Notes under the pieces: generated by a model | Database searches by the model: none | The model's input: only the letters and a program-made list of their open reading frames with translations | What the model was told of the DNA's origin: nothing | Program-made: the position numbers and the translations under genes | Source of the DNA: Trichinella spiralis | Taxonomy: Eukaryota | Assembly: GCF_000181795.1 (NCBI RefSeq) | Contig: NW_003526947.1 | Span: 416,422 to 480,421 of the forward strand | DNA: 64,000 nt | Direction: 5' to 3' | Shown here: piece by piece, positions 23,544 through 36,462 of the stretch | Numbering within the stretch: position 1 is the stretch's first letter | How the letters are laid out: every line of letters begins with the position of its first letter

Positions 23544-23915
23544 ATTTGCAATTTATTTTGCTGAATATCGTGTTTTCACATTTCTATTCCAATTATCAAA
23601 TAAATAGTTCATTTGATTTCCACGCAAAGAGTATTTGTAATCAACTGGTAATCTGGTGTAAAAAATTTTAAGCAAATCAGTGCAGTCAACAACTATATTA
23701 TAAAACATGAATCCGTAGTTTACTAAATAAAAAAAATCATACTTCAAACAAATCAACATGTATAAATAATAATGCGGTGTTTTATATATGTGAAGCACAG
23801 CAACCGATATGTAGCTTTTTTTATGCCAAATAATAAAATGCCATTATTGTATAATGTATCCAAAGCAAATGTTACTGAATTGTATTTTTCAGTGCGATGC
23901 AGCAGCGTTCAGAAT

Positions 23916-26900
23916 TTAACCAATTCGAAGCTCATATTCGCCATTCTGAGTTATGTAACGTACCCATGGCAATGCCTGGTATCCACTTTTTTCGATAATT
24001 TTCAAATATCTCACCTGAAATTGTTGAATAAGAAATTCGATACAAATAAAAACGGTCAGAAAAGTAAGTTGAGTGTACTTGAATTCCAGATACGGTGAAG
24101 TATGGAATTTCAAATTTCACTTTTATAGGCGGTCGCCCTTCAGTCACTTCACCTTCAACGCTGGGCAAACCGAAATGAGCTCTCATCAAATATTCCTTGC
24201 CGCCCTGAATTGGAAAAGGATCATTAATGGGAAGAGAAAAAAAAACTGAAAACCTACTGGAAAAGCTTTAATGAACCAATGGAATGCTGATTGTTCAGGA
24301 TAATATTTCACAGATCCTACGGAAGTTTTGAATTTTGGCGAGTCGGCATCACTAGGAACAGGAATGATAATTTCGACATTGTTTGCAGTGCTTCGCCTTT
24401 TGAACTGACTTTTAGCCTATAAAAGAAAAAATGCATCAAATGCAAACAAACAACATCCACACAACTGCTTACAAGTGAACCGTTACTATTACAACTTTTA
24501 TTTAATTATTAAAGAGAAATAGGCAAGAAAAAAAAACATTTCTGCTTACAATATTAATAAGTTTAATAAGTGTAAAATGAACTCGACTGAATTGAATAAT
24601 AAATAATAATTTTAGAAATTACTTTGATCATGTAATCAATACGACTGTGACGGTGTACATTGATGACAGATTCGATCCAAATCAAGGGCTTCACGTTTGT
24701 TGTCAATCGATACGACATCAGTTCAAATTCATCATCGGGCGGTATGAAAGATATTGTACGGTCATTTTCAAAACGAGAAAGACGAACGCACTGGTGAAAT
24801 TTCACATCTTCCAATTCCACCGATTTCGTTCTACCTCCTTAAAAGGATATGATAAACGAAACCGAATGAAAATTCATTTCTACACAACCGTCGCATGTCG
24901 ACTTTATTTTTTTCAATTATAAAATATAATTTCATCATATCGAATGTTGGGCAATTTCATCAACTCACTTCCAGTACTTTCGAATAAAATTTTATCATTC
25001 AAACCAAGTCGTAATTCAGGCATCCCCGACAAAAAGACGCGCATTTTCACACTACCGACAATTTCACTTCGAAGGACATTTCCACTGGCATTCGCCTGTT
25101 CATAAAACACATTTGCTGATATAATCAATGAACAATTTTCACCTCTTGATAATATTTACCAATAAATTTACAGATTCAACAACGTCCAGAAATACTTCAT
25201 TTTTCCTGTATTTTATTCCTTCCGTTCTCCAAGAAACTGCGTTAGTAACTGCCATCGGCGGCCGTGGCTGTACCTCCAGTTTATGGCCTTCTTGAGTTAT
25301 ATATCTGAATAAAACAAAAATTATTAATTAATACCGGAAAAAAATATCAAATTAATAATCACTATTAAATGGAAAATCACATTGAACAATGCAAATCAAA
25401 CGTATCAAAATAGTCGTGAATTCAAGCATTATTCAAACAGCAAATAACCTGGGTCAACATGGAAATTGTTTACTTACTCTTGCAAAATTTTCCCATCAGT
25501 CGTTTGAGGATAACCAAAGTCCATAAGTTCATCAAACAATTCATAAATAACAACAAAATTATCACGTATTGATTCTTCTTCTAGTTCTTTAAAATACTCT
25601 GTAAACACCTGAAATTCGAATTACCATTAAGCAAACTAAAATTCACATGAAAAAAAGTCACTTACATCGATAATTTTATATAGAAAAGCAAAAACTAAAG
25701 CAGCGTTGCTGTTCTTTCGACACATGGCAACAACTAAAGTAAAATAAAAACATATTCAACAATATATAATTATAAATATATATATATACATGAAATGCTA
25801 AATAATACAAAAAACTGTTCACATACTGTTACGTAAGATACATAATTAAATTGCATACGCAAAATTTTCACAATTATTACCATAACATTTCATCAGTTCA
25901 CAAAATGAAAATCAAATTTTTTTCCGCTCCTGTACTTTTGAATCATTTTCAAAATCTACACCTAAACTCAGTAACATCTTTAGCAATAATAAAATTCAAA
26001 TAAAATGGAAAAAAAATTCAACAATACGTCTTAGAAGAAAAGGCAAATAATAAGCATGCATGAATAGTGCAAATATTTAAAAATATTCATCAAATAACAT
26101 GAAAAACATATGTTTAAAAAAACTCATCGCAGTAAAAAAATATTTTAACTTGAAAATCACATACCGTACATAATACACGTCAGTAATACATCAAGGTGTA
26201 TTGTTAATCTGTCAATGAATGTGTTTCAGGTGAAATATTCAGTGAAATAATTTTCAATATGAAAATTGTATATTAGTGAGCATGAAATAACAAAAAAACG
26301 CTTTCAATTTCAAAATCAATTTGCACCATCATTACCTTTCATTCTTACATATTAAATACATAAATAAAATTTTCATTAATTATTATATGTGTAAAAACAA
26401 TTACCAAATGACAAAATACCGTTCTTCAGTTATGAAAACTTCTATGCAGTTACATTACGTTGAAATGAAAATTACATTTTATGGTGCTTTTATTATATCT
26501 CACTAAAGTGGCAACAGTATTTTTATTATACACATATTGAACGTTTATCAAGGTAAATTAAACGGTTTCGTTGCTCATTTTAGTTCTATGAAATTCCTTA
26601 TCAAAATGTTCTCATTTAAAAATCCAACTCATGAAAACGATTCTCTATTAACGTACACTATAAGCAGATACAAATCGACTAAGAACAGGAAAAATGCATT
26701 TAAAATGAAAAAAACTTACGATACAAATTTGTATGCTTGACATAAATAAACGTCGCTTCCTGTTGGTAAAGAATTGGTGTAGCACAACCCTCTTCTTCTT
26801 TATCCATTAAAAGCGGCATAAATTTTTCTATTAAAGTCATGTCAACATCACCGCGGTAGTTACGACTGATGATCACTTTTCCTTTCAAATCAAGGAAGAA

Positions 26901-26918
26901 CACAGCTGAACAAGACAT
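23916..26918 (-). CDS. unc-101: AP-1 adaptor complex mu-1 subunit, multi-exon
   Basis: [110 protein letters not shown]. Confidence 0.96.
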
Positions 26919-27359
26919 AATTCTTTCCCGTTTGCCCCGTTAATGTGAGAGTTAGACAAACTGCATTACTAAAAAAGAATAATAAATTCTTATTTCCATA
27001 GCTCTAACAGCAAGCACATTATCAAATGCGCTATCCAAAACAGATGTCTTAATTGACAAGGTAAAGGTAAGCAGTGACCTTAAAAGGACAATGACTATTC
27101 AAAAGTGAATCTTCAAAACATTTTTAAAGCATCAAAAGTATCACTCTTATACATCAAGCTAAAAATCTCTAAAAAAGCCAAATAAAATATCTCTCAATGA
27201 TGCACGGCATTTGAAAGAAGAAGTATACAAGAAAATTGTCCACAGGGGCATACTGTATTTAATCGTTCTTTTCTCTTTTGCATACTGTAATTTTTTTCTC
27301 CGCTGCAATTATCCAGCTGTAGCTTGTAAGAATTTTTTTCGCAAACGGCTGATTCGAGG

Positions 27360-28674
27360 ATGTTTTTATATCAGAACAGCAGATTTTTATTATCTGGTAT
27401 CTTTCGAGTGCATTTTTCATCAAAAGCAAGATTTTCTTCTTCACCGTATAAGGTAATGACCCATGTTATTATTTATTATTTTGCATCTAATACTGTTCAT
27501 TGAATAGAATAACTGAAAATTGAAATTGACTTGTGTTAATTTGTATAATTTTGTGAATTTTGATATTGTTAATTGCGTACTAGTAAGTACAGGAGTGAAC
27601 TAATTGTTTTTCAAGCAGTACAGTCCATGTGTTTTATACCGAATTTCAGTACTGATTATCTAAATTATGTTGTGGTATAGCTGTTTGTTTTATGTTTGAA
27701 ATTTAGCTGCATTCCGGCAGACCGTCGTCCAGTTTATGGATGCCTACGGAAAAAGGTTATGATTTCCAGGAGCCGGATGTTCCATTGAAAGAACTTTTCA
27801 AACAAGTGCCACAAGAATTGGCACGCCAAGCGAAACTGATTTCCAAGGAAATCAAAGATTGGGCTTGGCCAGAGAAAACTATAATTGAGTCAACACCTTT
27901 TCATAATGAATTATATATTCAGTGGAAATTTGATTCGCAAGAAGTATTGGACAGTTTTATAGTTACTTCAGATAGTGCACAAAATGTGGGATTCAGTCAA
28001 GCTACATGGACAATGAGCGATCAAGGAACTGCTATTTTTCAAGGTTCTTTAGATACCCGAGTGCCTAAAGATGGTGAAATTCACAGAGCTGGGTTTACGG
28101 CTATAATTTCAAAATTTCTTATGGTAAGTTAATTTCAGTTATTGTTTATTTAAAAAAAAATATAATAATTGTTTTTTCTAATACAGAAGTCATTCAATCG
28201 CCACGAGGTTTACAAACACTGGTCACTGTTTACGCATCTTGTTTTGAAAATACGAGGTGATGGTCGTACATATCTTCTAAATCTTAGTCAGCCAGGTTAT
28301 TTTGATGTTCAAGCGCATGATATTTTTAATTATCCGCTTTATACACACGGCGGTCCATATTGGCAATATGAAAAGGTGCGTTAGTAATGATAATATTTTA
28401 GCGCAACGGCACATTTGATCTGCATTTCCAGATTCCATTTTCTAAATTCTACCTTTCATCACACGCACGGATACAAGATCGTCAGCTTCCTGTTCTTGGA
28501 TACAAAAGCAGAGCGTGGAAAGGAAATGGAATTAAAAGATTTGGTGTAACGTTGTGTGATCGAATGGACGGTCCGTTTCGATTAGAGATTGATTGGATTG
28601 GTGTTTGTTATGATGCTACACATTTTGAAGAATTTGCATATGAAATGTTTGAATATCCATTTACAATAGATTGA
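27360..28674 (+). CDS. nuaf-1: Mitochondrial complex I assembly factor CIA30/NDUFAF1 (4 exons: ~27360-27452, 27707-28123, 28186-28375, 28432-28674)
   Basis: Arg/Ser-rich targeting peptide MFLYQNSRFLL...; IVTSDS..VGFS; FQGSLDTRVPKDGEIHRAGF; KIRGDGRTY; LYTHGGPYWQYEK|IPFSKF; DGPFRLEIDWIG; HFEEFAYE. Confidence 0.93.
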
Positions 28675-28886
28675 TATCGTCTGCTTTTATTAAATATTTT
28701 TTGCATTATGTTTGTTTTCAATCGATCATGGGTTTTATCCAGAATTATATATATTTATGTATATATTGTTTTTTATATTTAAAATTATTGTTAGTCGTGA
28801 TATTTTTGCCAAATTTTAGTACTTTGGACGTTAATTATATACACACATATATATATACATGTATATGTGTGCGTGTGTATGTATAT

Positions 28887-29727
28887 ATGGAAGTGGGAAA
28901 AGTGAGAATGTCAAACAAGAAGAAAAATATGCGAGCAGTTCTTCAACATGCCGGAAGTCTTCATGAACGACTTTCTTCTATAATGGATAATACATGCGTG
29001 GGTGAAGAAGATAAAAATGAAAATTGTCGGTCATTGCTTACAAATCATATCAAAAGTGATGACATCAAATTCACCGAAAAAGATGTTTTGATGTCCGTTA
29101 ATTGCGAACGTTTTCATTCGAAAAGTAAATCAGGTTATACTTGTAAGTAGCAATTTCATTATTGTTGGTATTTAATGAGTAAATAACTTGCATGTGAAAA
29201 TTATATCTAGTTAAATATTTGGATTAAAAAAAGCACCATAATGCTTCATGGTTGATAAAGTGATCGATTGTATTATTTATATGTAGTGTTTTTTTTAATT
29301 TGCATCATTTTATTTGTATGTTTCAGCAGATACAAATTCCGGTCCATTTCCAAGCAGTTCATTAAATGCGGTAAAATATTTATTTTTCAAATGATAAATT
29401 GCTATTGAAGTAATGTAATTTCTTTAGTCTTCATCGACAGCAGTCGATCCGTTGTCAGTTCCAAGTAAATAATTGTTTCTATATGGAGAAGTTGGAAAAA
29501 ACTATTTCCATTAGCATGTATTGATGATAGTTTTGTTTGTATTTTCAACAGCAATTCGACCATTGGCAACTTACGAATACGGATGTCCAGGTTTCAAACA
29601 TGATCCAGTCAGTCGTTACAATCTTTACGCTGAAGAGTGGAAAAAATTTCCACCTCCTGGAGAGAAGAAGCACTTGACGCTTCGGTGGAAAATACGCGAA
29701 AAGATGTCGAAATGTGATCTTCCTTAA
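28887..29727 (+). CDS. hyls-1: HYLS1-like centriolar/ciliogenesis protein, multi-exon (start codon uncertain)
   Basis: Last exon encodes FKHDPVSRYNLYAEEWKKFPPPGEKKHLTLRWKIREKM, matching the HYLS1 C-terminal box. Upstream exons at ~28887-29142 and micro-exons at ~29328-29464. Confidence 0.75.
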
Positions 29728-29921
29728 TCATAAATACTTCAACTACTAATTCAGGGATGAAAATTATTTTGTTAATTATTATTATCAATTTTAAACAAAT
29801 GAATAGACAGGCGCGTAATGCTATTTGATAATTCATTCATCTGTATAGTAGTAGAATAGTGTGAATTTGTTGTTTTTGGAAATAAAAAAGTGAAGAATAT
29901 TAAATTAAAATATTCTGACTG

Positions 29922-30400
29922 TTATCCATCCAGTTCAACAATTCGCTTTTCGTACTGCGTCACGTCAACCCCTTTGGCCTTTCCACGACGAATAGCATCT
30001 TTCAAAAGTTGGCGTTCGATTTGTTCCAACCTTTCCGCAGGGGATGAAACATCCAATGCCATGTCCAAATCGTTCGGCTCTCTAGAAAATTTATTTTCCA
30101 ACGGTGATGAAAAAAGCAGGAAAAGATAAATTTACACCTCAAACGTGCAAAGTAGACAAGAAATACAGTCAACGATATGGTGGCTGAGATGAATTCCACA
30201 ATACGCACTTCTGAATCTTTGAACTGATACTCCGGAATAGTGATCGGTGGAGAACGACCGTGGCGTCGGTGAAAAGCTGGCGTTTCGGAAAATTTCAAAG
30301 GTGTGTCATTTTTAGAACAAAACCTGCGAAGAACAACTGCCACCAAACGTAAGTTCAACATCATCCCTTGTGAACGGACAAGAAGAGATTTGAATGACAT
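29922..30400 (-). CDS. CCSMST1/UQCC4-like small mitochondrial membrane protein (2 exons, intron ~30082-30137)
   Basis: Mitochondrial targeting-like N-terminus, PLKFSETPA, then TM ISLTVFLVYFARLR|EPNDLD (family pattern: TM followed by LREENDID), ending ...YEKRIVELDG*. Confidence 0.65.
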
Positions 30401-30988
30401 CCCAAATTCAAATATCCACTTGAGTTCACTTTGTTATACCATACATATATGTATATATCTTAAAACGAATGAAAACAAAAAAGTTTGACATCAAACAAAT
30501 AAAATTTGAAAAGTGTCGCGCAATCAAATATCAGCAAGCTGTTAGCTTGTTGAATCAACTTGAAAATTAACACCTTTAATCGTTTCTTGAAAATTCTTGA
30601 ACACTTGCAGCAATTCTTACACAACTGTCAATAAATAAAATATTTTGCAAAATTTACAACACTGATTTAAGCAAATTCAACCAATTTTATTACGTAAAAT
30701 GACACTGTTGAACATTCTGCAATGAAATTTTCATTCGATTTTGTCCATCGACAGTTTCAACTGAAATTTCTTATGCATTATTCCTTTTTTACAAACTGTT
30801 AACCTTTGCTGTTTTAAAATCAAGCAAGAGAATGACATACGATAATATAATGTTCTTAAAATGGAAACGTTCGTTATAATAATAAAAATACTCTTTTCAG
30901 AGCATCGGAAAATCATGCGATAAGCTGTTATTAACTTCCCTTAAAAAAATATTTTTTAACTATTGTGAATATTTAAGTTAATAATCAC

Positions 30989-31615
30989 TTTTACATAATT
31001 AACCACACCTTTACGTTGAGATGTTTAATAAAATCAATTTTAAACTGATCTTTTCCTATTTTGACATATTAAAAGCCCAACTTGTAAAGAGTTCTGTCTT
31101 TTGGAATCAAATCTACATCATTTCAACAAAACAATAAATTGCATACCTCTAATAGATTGTAATAAAATTAAAATAATTTTCAAACTGTATTTATTCATTT
31201 CAACTCAAGGAACTATTATAATAAATAAATTATAAAACAAATACTAAATCAGTATAAAAGCAGCTGAAATGGAAGTGCACACATCAATTCATGTCATTAA
31301 CACTTTGCATTGAAAAAACTTTCTAGCGCCATAATTCAGAAAATTTAACATAAAATTACTTCAACTGCATTTCACTCTATTGTATATAAAATAGTAGAAA
31401 TTTGTAGAAAAATTCACTTTACAAAAACTAACATAACTACAGTAATTATAAGCGCATGTAGGTGCAAATGTTGGAAACGCTTGAATCAGTAACAAAATTA
31501 ACGCAAAACAGCTAAACACATAAATAAATATTTCTTAAATAAATAATTTAATCTTTTAAATAAATTATTTTAGTTTCAACAAAAACTGCACTAAGAAATT
31601 GCTGATGAAGCAAAT
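30989..31615. repeat. Copy B of the ~620 bp duplicated segment, with no adjacent retroelement
   Basis: Near-identical to 1-632 but continues into unrelated AT-rich sequence instead of the LTR. Confidence 0.93.
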
Positions 31616-33081
31616 GTGAACACTTTTCATTTCTTGAACGGATGTGTTCGTACTAATTACTCGATTCTGATTTAATCACTGAGCGTTATTTTAGAATAAA
31701 TGACGCAATTCATATTTATAATTAAAAATTAAAACTTATTTTTTACAGTAGACTTTCTCAAAATACAGAAGAACTGCAATAAGAAAAAGAAAATAATACT
31801 GCTGTATAGTTTTTAAAAATTTAGAAAGCATGCTTTTGTTTGCTTTTCATTTGCACCTATTTAATTAGCATACTATGTTAACTTTCATGATCTTCCAGTT
31901 CCTTGTTTTACATTTGATGAATTACCAAAGTCAAAGTCATTGATTTGATTATAAATTAAAGTAAATTACACAAGTAAAAGTAATTTAAATATAAAAAATC
32001 ACTAAATTGCTACAATAAATCATTTTGAAAACAGAAATGTATGAAACTGAATAACCGTGGATCATAAAAGAGAGAACTAACCGCCGCTTAAAATGAAAAT
32101 TCAAAACCTATGCCAGATGGCCGAATAACGAAAGTTGGCGTCATTAAGGAACCAAAAAGAATGTGCTTGCTCGAAAAATAGCAGCTGATTATAAGCTTTA
32201 TTTGCAGCACTTGTTAAAGAACCGGAGTAATTCAGCATACTTATAACAAATTATATAGATTAGATATATCTGTTATTTTATTTATCTATGCTGCCAACAT
32301 GAATTTGATAAACCTTAATTCATTTTACAGCATTATTTATATCAGGAGCAGTAGATAGCCATTAATTTACTTTATATCATTATTTATATAATTATATTTG
32401 TTTGAACGAAAATTCCAATTGCTTTCCAGTAACAGTGCTTTAGCATGGCAAAGAATTGTTCAACAAAGCCAATGAAAGTATATTTATAAGCTGAAGCACC
32501 AGTCTGACGTTCTTTGCACCTTCGATCTTTTCTTGTTTTGGTGCCCTTGGCCATGCAAATCATAAATGCGTAGGCTATGAAATGGACTAGTAACCACGAT
32601 TCACAAATACCAAAACAGTCTGCTCCAGAATATGTTGCTCAAGCATGCTGATCTGTATTGAAAAATATTTCATATTTATATTTTTTCTTTTATTTTATTA
32701 TAATCTTCTTGATTTCAAGCATCTCTATTCGACTTGAAGACTATTTTTTGAATCACTTTTAATATTTTAAAATTGATTTTATAATTATTAATAATTAACA
32801 AAATTTGTCTCTTGCTATTTAATAAATGAAATATTTGATGCTCATTATTTTTGCTTTAATGTCAAAGTCGAATAATGCTAGGTGGATGATGTCTGTTTTT
32901 TATGCAAATCAACATTGTCTTTGGTCTTTGAATTATCTTTTCAATAGTTAAGACAGTTGTTTGGCTGACTAAAGTAACTGTTAATTATTTAAAAATGTCT
33001 AGTGTTTCTACCAAAAAGTTATTTTAATTTTATCTGTAACGTTGTTTTATTTCAGTTTTTCTTTTCTTAATTTTCAAACAA

Positions 33082-34040
33082 GGCTGGCGTATCAGAAGAT
33101 CGCCGGATGGCACGATTCTCTGGTGGACCAGCTGTAAGTTAGGCATTTAGCGCGGTACGCATGGCTAAGCCACAGACTTTGGAAGAGGCGTGCCGAATTG
33201 CTGAAAGGGCGGTACAAATTGACAGGGCTTTCAAACCCCAACAACACAGAGGAGCACCAGTCCCGAAGATGACTAGCCTTGACACGGAGAAAATTCTGGC
33301 AACATTCAGCTGAAAATTTACCAAAAATGGCATGAAAGAATAGTCGAATTTCAAGAGGTTGCGTGGGATATAGATGGTGAGCACGGGGCGTGCTCATTAT
33401 AATAGGAAGGATAGTGCAACTGACGACGGAAGGCAGAGCACCTGCTATGTATATTATGTCACTATCACTGAGCCATTGCTCTCCTCCTATTAACCGCACC
33501 CCTTTTTGTTCTTTATCTGTAATACTCATCATATCCAGATGAACCATATTGTTTATATCACCGGTGGATGTGACACGACGCCTAATCCAGAGTATCCTCT
33601 GGGTCAGAAGGTCACGCCTGATGCCAGGTTAGACTACCTTTGAACAATGGCACAAGAAGACGCCGGCATCCAGGCGGCTGAAAGACAAAGGAAAACGCGG
33701 AAAGATAAGAGCATCGAGAGTTGGCCCCCTTGGAGCGAGCGGGCAATCGCAGCTAATTAATGGCGCCAAGCGGTGTGCCGTGACCCAGAGGCAGGATGTA
33801 TTAGCCGTGGCCATCCACCGGTGGTTAGGAGTGGGCAAAGTGGAGTTGTGAGCAGCGTGTGGCTTGTGTGAGTGTGCGCTGGTGTGTCTCGATGTCATTA
33901 TAAATGAAAGCTGTGTATCAGGCTCTGAATATAACAAGAGACCGAGAAGAACCGCACGGCACGGTTAGAAAGCGATGCCGTCCTGGGAAAAAGCAGCGGC
34001 GTGCAAGCCTTGGACGAGCAGGCCAGGGCGGCGCGTTACA
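33082..34040 (+). mobile_element. Decayed Gypsy-like LTR retrotransposon remnants (gag fragment, pol tail and LTR-like end)
   Basis: GC-rich island. The plus frame reads AGVSEDRRMARFSGGPAVS*AFSAVRMAKPQTLEEACRIAERA (gag PxTLEEA motif, in-frame stop). Purine-rich GGAGCGAGCGGG at ~33732, TATAAAT at ~33899, and a ...GCGCGTTACA end at 34040 where AT-rich DNA resumes. Confidence 0.6.
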
Positions 34041-35187
34041 TGAATTTCAAAATTTGTCTATCATTCTGAATAGTGTTTTTATTTGATGACTGCCACGCTA
34101 ATTAGTATTCAGGCACAGAATAAAACTAGCAGATAATTGAGAGTTTCACCATTTATGCAAACTATACAATTTTGTGCACTTATTATATTACTTACATTTC
34201 ACAATTTCAACACACGGAAGATATTTTTTCATATTCAATTGTACTGCAATTTCAGAGAGCAGAGACATAATGAGAAGTAGTTAGTCATGTGCTGAATTCC
34301 AATTTAAATTGAATTTTACAGTCTGTAGAGAAAGCAGCCTGTGCTATTAAAGGTATAGATAACAGATAAGCCATTTTTCAAAAAAATATAGCAAATAACA
34401 GAGTTACAGTGATGGACTAATTTCCATGGGAGTAAGAAAATATCAATCTTGCTTCAACTTGCATTTGTCAAAAACTGAAGCATTATTGAGATTATTCAAA
34501 GTTTGGTACACAATTTCTAAAGATTGCTGATTGAAGGCTGTTGATATTGTAATTTTAAAAGTGTTTCCAACGCTAACAAAAAACATGCAGTACAATCAAT
34601 TTCTATGTTATTAGAACGCTTGTTAGCTAATCTGTATTGAATTGAAAGTAAACATTTTAGTTATTTCATTGGCCGACCAATATATATGAACATGCATTTT
34701 TCAATTTGCAATTTTATCTTGCCTAGTGTCGAATTTTATTGCGACCAAAAATAACGATAAAATAACCACACTGCGCGTGAAATGCCGTCGATTATGCAAA
34801 TTTAATTAAAATAAGCTTTTCTCTTTCAGCACTTGATTGTCATTTATTATTGTTTTTTCTTTTATTTTAATTTCAGACTAGCAGAGGCATTCAGCTCATA
34901 CATTCTGTCTGGGTCGACTTTTTTTTGTCGCCACGGGCTGTCAATGCATTTGGCATAATGAGTTCCGCTAAATCGTTATTCTGTCAATTTGAATTTAAAA
35001 ATTGATTGATCATGGAGATTAAATTTGTTTGAATTTTTTTCTTCAAATCAGAGGTTAAAATCATTGTCTTAAAAAAATGTTTTTTTTTCATATTTATATA
35101 CATTTTGAAATAGCACGGTAACGACAATTCATCTGCTTTAGATAATTTTATTTAAAAAAATAAAAGAAAAAAATTGAATAAAAATTA

Positions 35188-36462
35188 TTACAAATAAATA
35201 TTGAATCTTTGAAATGATCGTAATAAATGAGATTTGTTCAAATTGTGAAAACAAAATTCCACACAGAATACAAAAGTAGAAAAAACAAGTGATGAAATAA
35301 AACAAAAAACAGGTCCAGTGAAGCTAATCATGCTAATTGGTTCGGAACTGGAATGAACACTCGCTATAAGCATTGGATTGTTGTGCACTTGCTTCACAGT
35401 ATAACCACTAGTACGTTTTAATATTTCCGACGTAGCTGCATTCATCGATATCAGTGCTTTGTTGAATTGTTTTGCAAATTTAAAATCTTTCCTCCACAAA
35501 TAGCTTACCGGAGAGCTGCGTACCAAATTGTCTGGTATACGCCATAACATGCTGCGATTCTCATATTCCATTGCATAAACATCAGCAAAAATGCTTCCTT
35601 TGACCATAACTGCGTTGTCATTTTTTATCAAACCATCCAACAGTGTAGAAGATAATGAATTTTCAGCGACATAATAGCCATGCTTTTGTACAGCTTGCAA
35701 AATTAATTTTTGCGTTTCTTCTGGACCTTTCGGTATTACCTCTTTGTAATCTTTATGATAATGAATAAGTTTAAATTCTCCAGTAGAAAGTTTCAATGCA
35801 AGATCATTGATATCTTGAAACGGCGCATAATATGGACGTGGATAAAATAACGCTGCCCGAATGTAGGTAGTGTAAGCAACTTTCAACGCTGCCACAGCAA
35901 AAAATCCACAAACCCAAAACAGTGATCTGGGTGGAGCTTTGAAAAGACAAAATGAACTGAACAGTTGCCCAGCGGCTGTTTGGAATGCATCGGATAATTT
36001 TCGGTCATACTTCACTACAGTCAACGCCAAGATGGAGCAAATGGAAATTAATACCAATATTAGCCATGTTTTTCCACGAAAAGGTGCAAAAGGATTGAAA
36101 GTTTCAGAACGTAATGTTGGCGCTTTTATCCAAAATGTTTGGCCATCCATCCACACTGGCCAGCTGTATCCAAAATCTTCCATTCGATTTTTTTCCAAAG
36201 CGCACACGTTGCCTGTGATGTCAATTTCTCCACGTTGCAACATGCCACCAAGTGATGACCATCGGCTGGAATTTTTCTTCTTGCTGCCACATCCGATTGA
36301 ATCAGTAGCAAAAATTTTCACTGTTAAATTCAACATTTCCGTTATTACTTCTAAAACTTCCAATTCAAAACCGCTGAAACAATTGGAAATGCCAAAACAC
36401 TCTGGGTGCATCATGAACCAAGGTGCAACACCAACTCTGAGAACACTGCTGCTATCTTCCAT
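35188..36462 (-). CDS. Divergent ionotropic glutamate receptor-like / IR-type protein, intronless coding region (ORF open to 36507)
   Basis: S1 LRVGV..PWF, FSGFELEVL, WSSLGGMLQRGEIDI, NRMEDFGYSWP; M1 NPFAPFRGKTWLILV; short pore segment; M3 AYTTYIRAALF..PFQDINDL; S2; M4 PISMISFTGPVFCFISSLVFSTFVFCVEF. Confidence 0.85.
   Translation of the reverse strand: MEDSSSVLRVGVAPWFMMHPECFGISNCFSGFELEVLEVITEMLNLTVKIFATDSIGCGSKKKNSSRWSSLGGMLQRGEIDITGNVCALEKNRMEDFGYSWPVWMDGQTFWIKAPTLRSETFNPFAPFRGKTWLILVLISICSILALTVVKYDRKLSDAFQTAAGQLFSSFCLFKAPPRSLFWVCGFFAVAALKVAYTTYIRAALFYPRPYYAPFQDINDLALKLSTGEFKLIHYHKDYKEVIPKGPEETQKLILQAVQKHGYYVAENSLSSTLLDGLIKNDNAVMVKGSIFADVYAMEYENRSMLWRIPDNLVRSSPVSYLWRKDFKFAKQFNKALISMNAATSEILKRTSGYTVKQVHNNPMLIASVHSSSEPISMISFTGPVFCFISSLVFSTFVFCVEFCFHNLNKSHLLRSFQRFNIYL

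Noticed and set aside
24838..24850. ATATCCTT on the minus strand, resembling a U12-type 5' splice site in AP-1 mu
   Set aside because: It lies just upstream of a normal AG acceptor of a GT-AG intron, not at a donor position.
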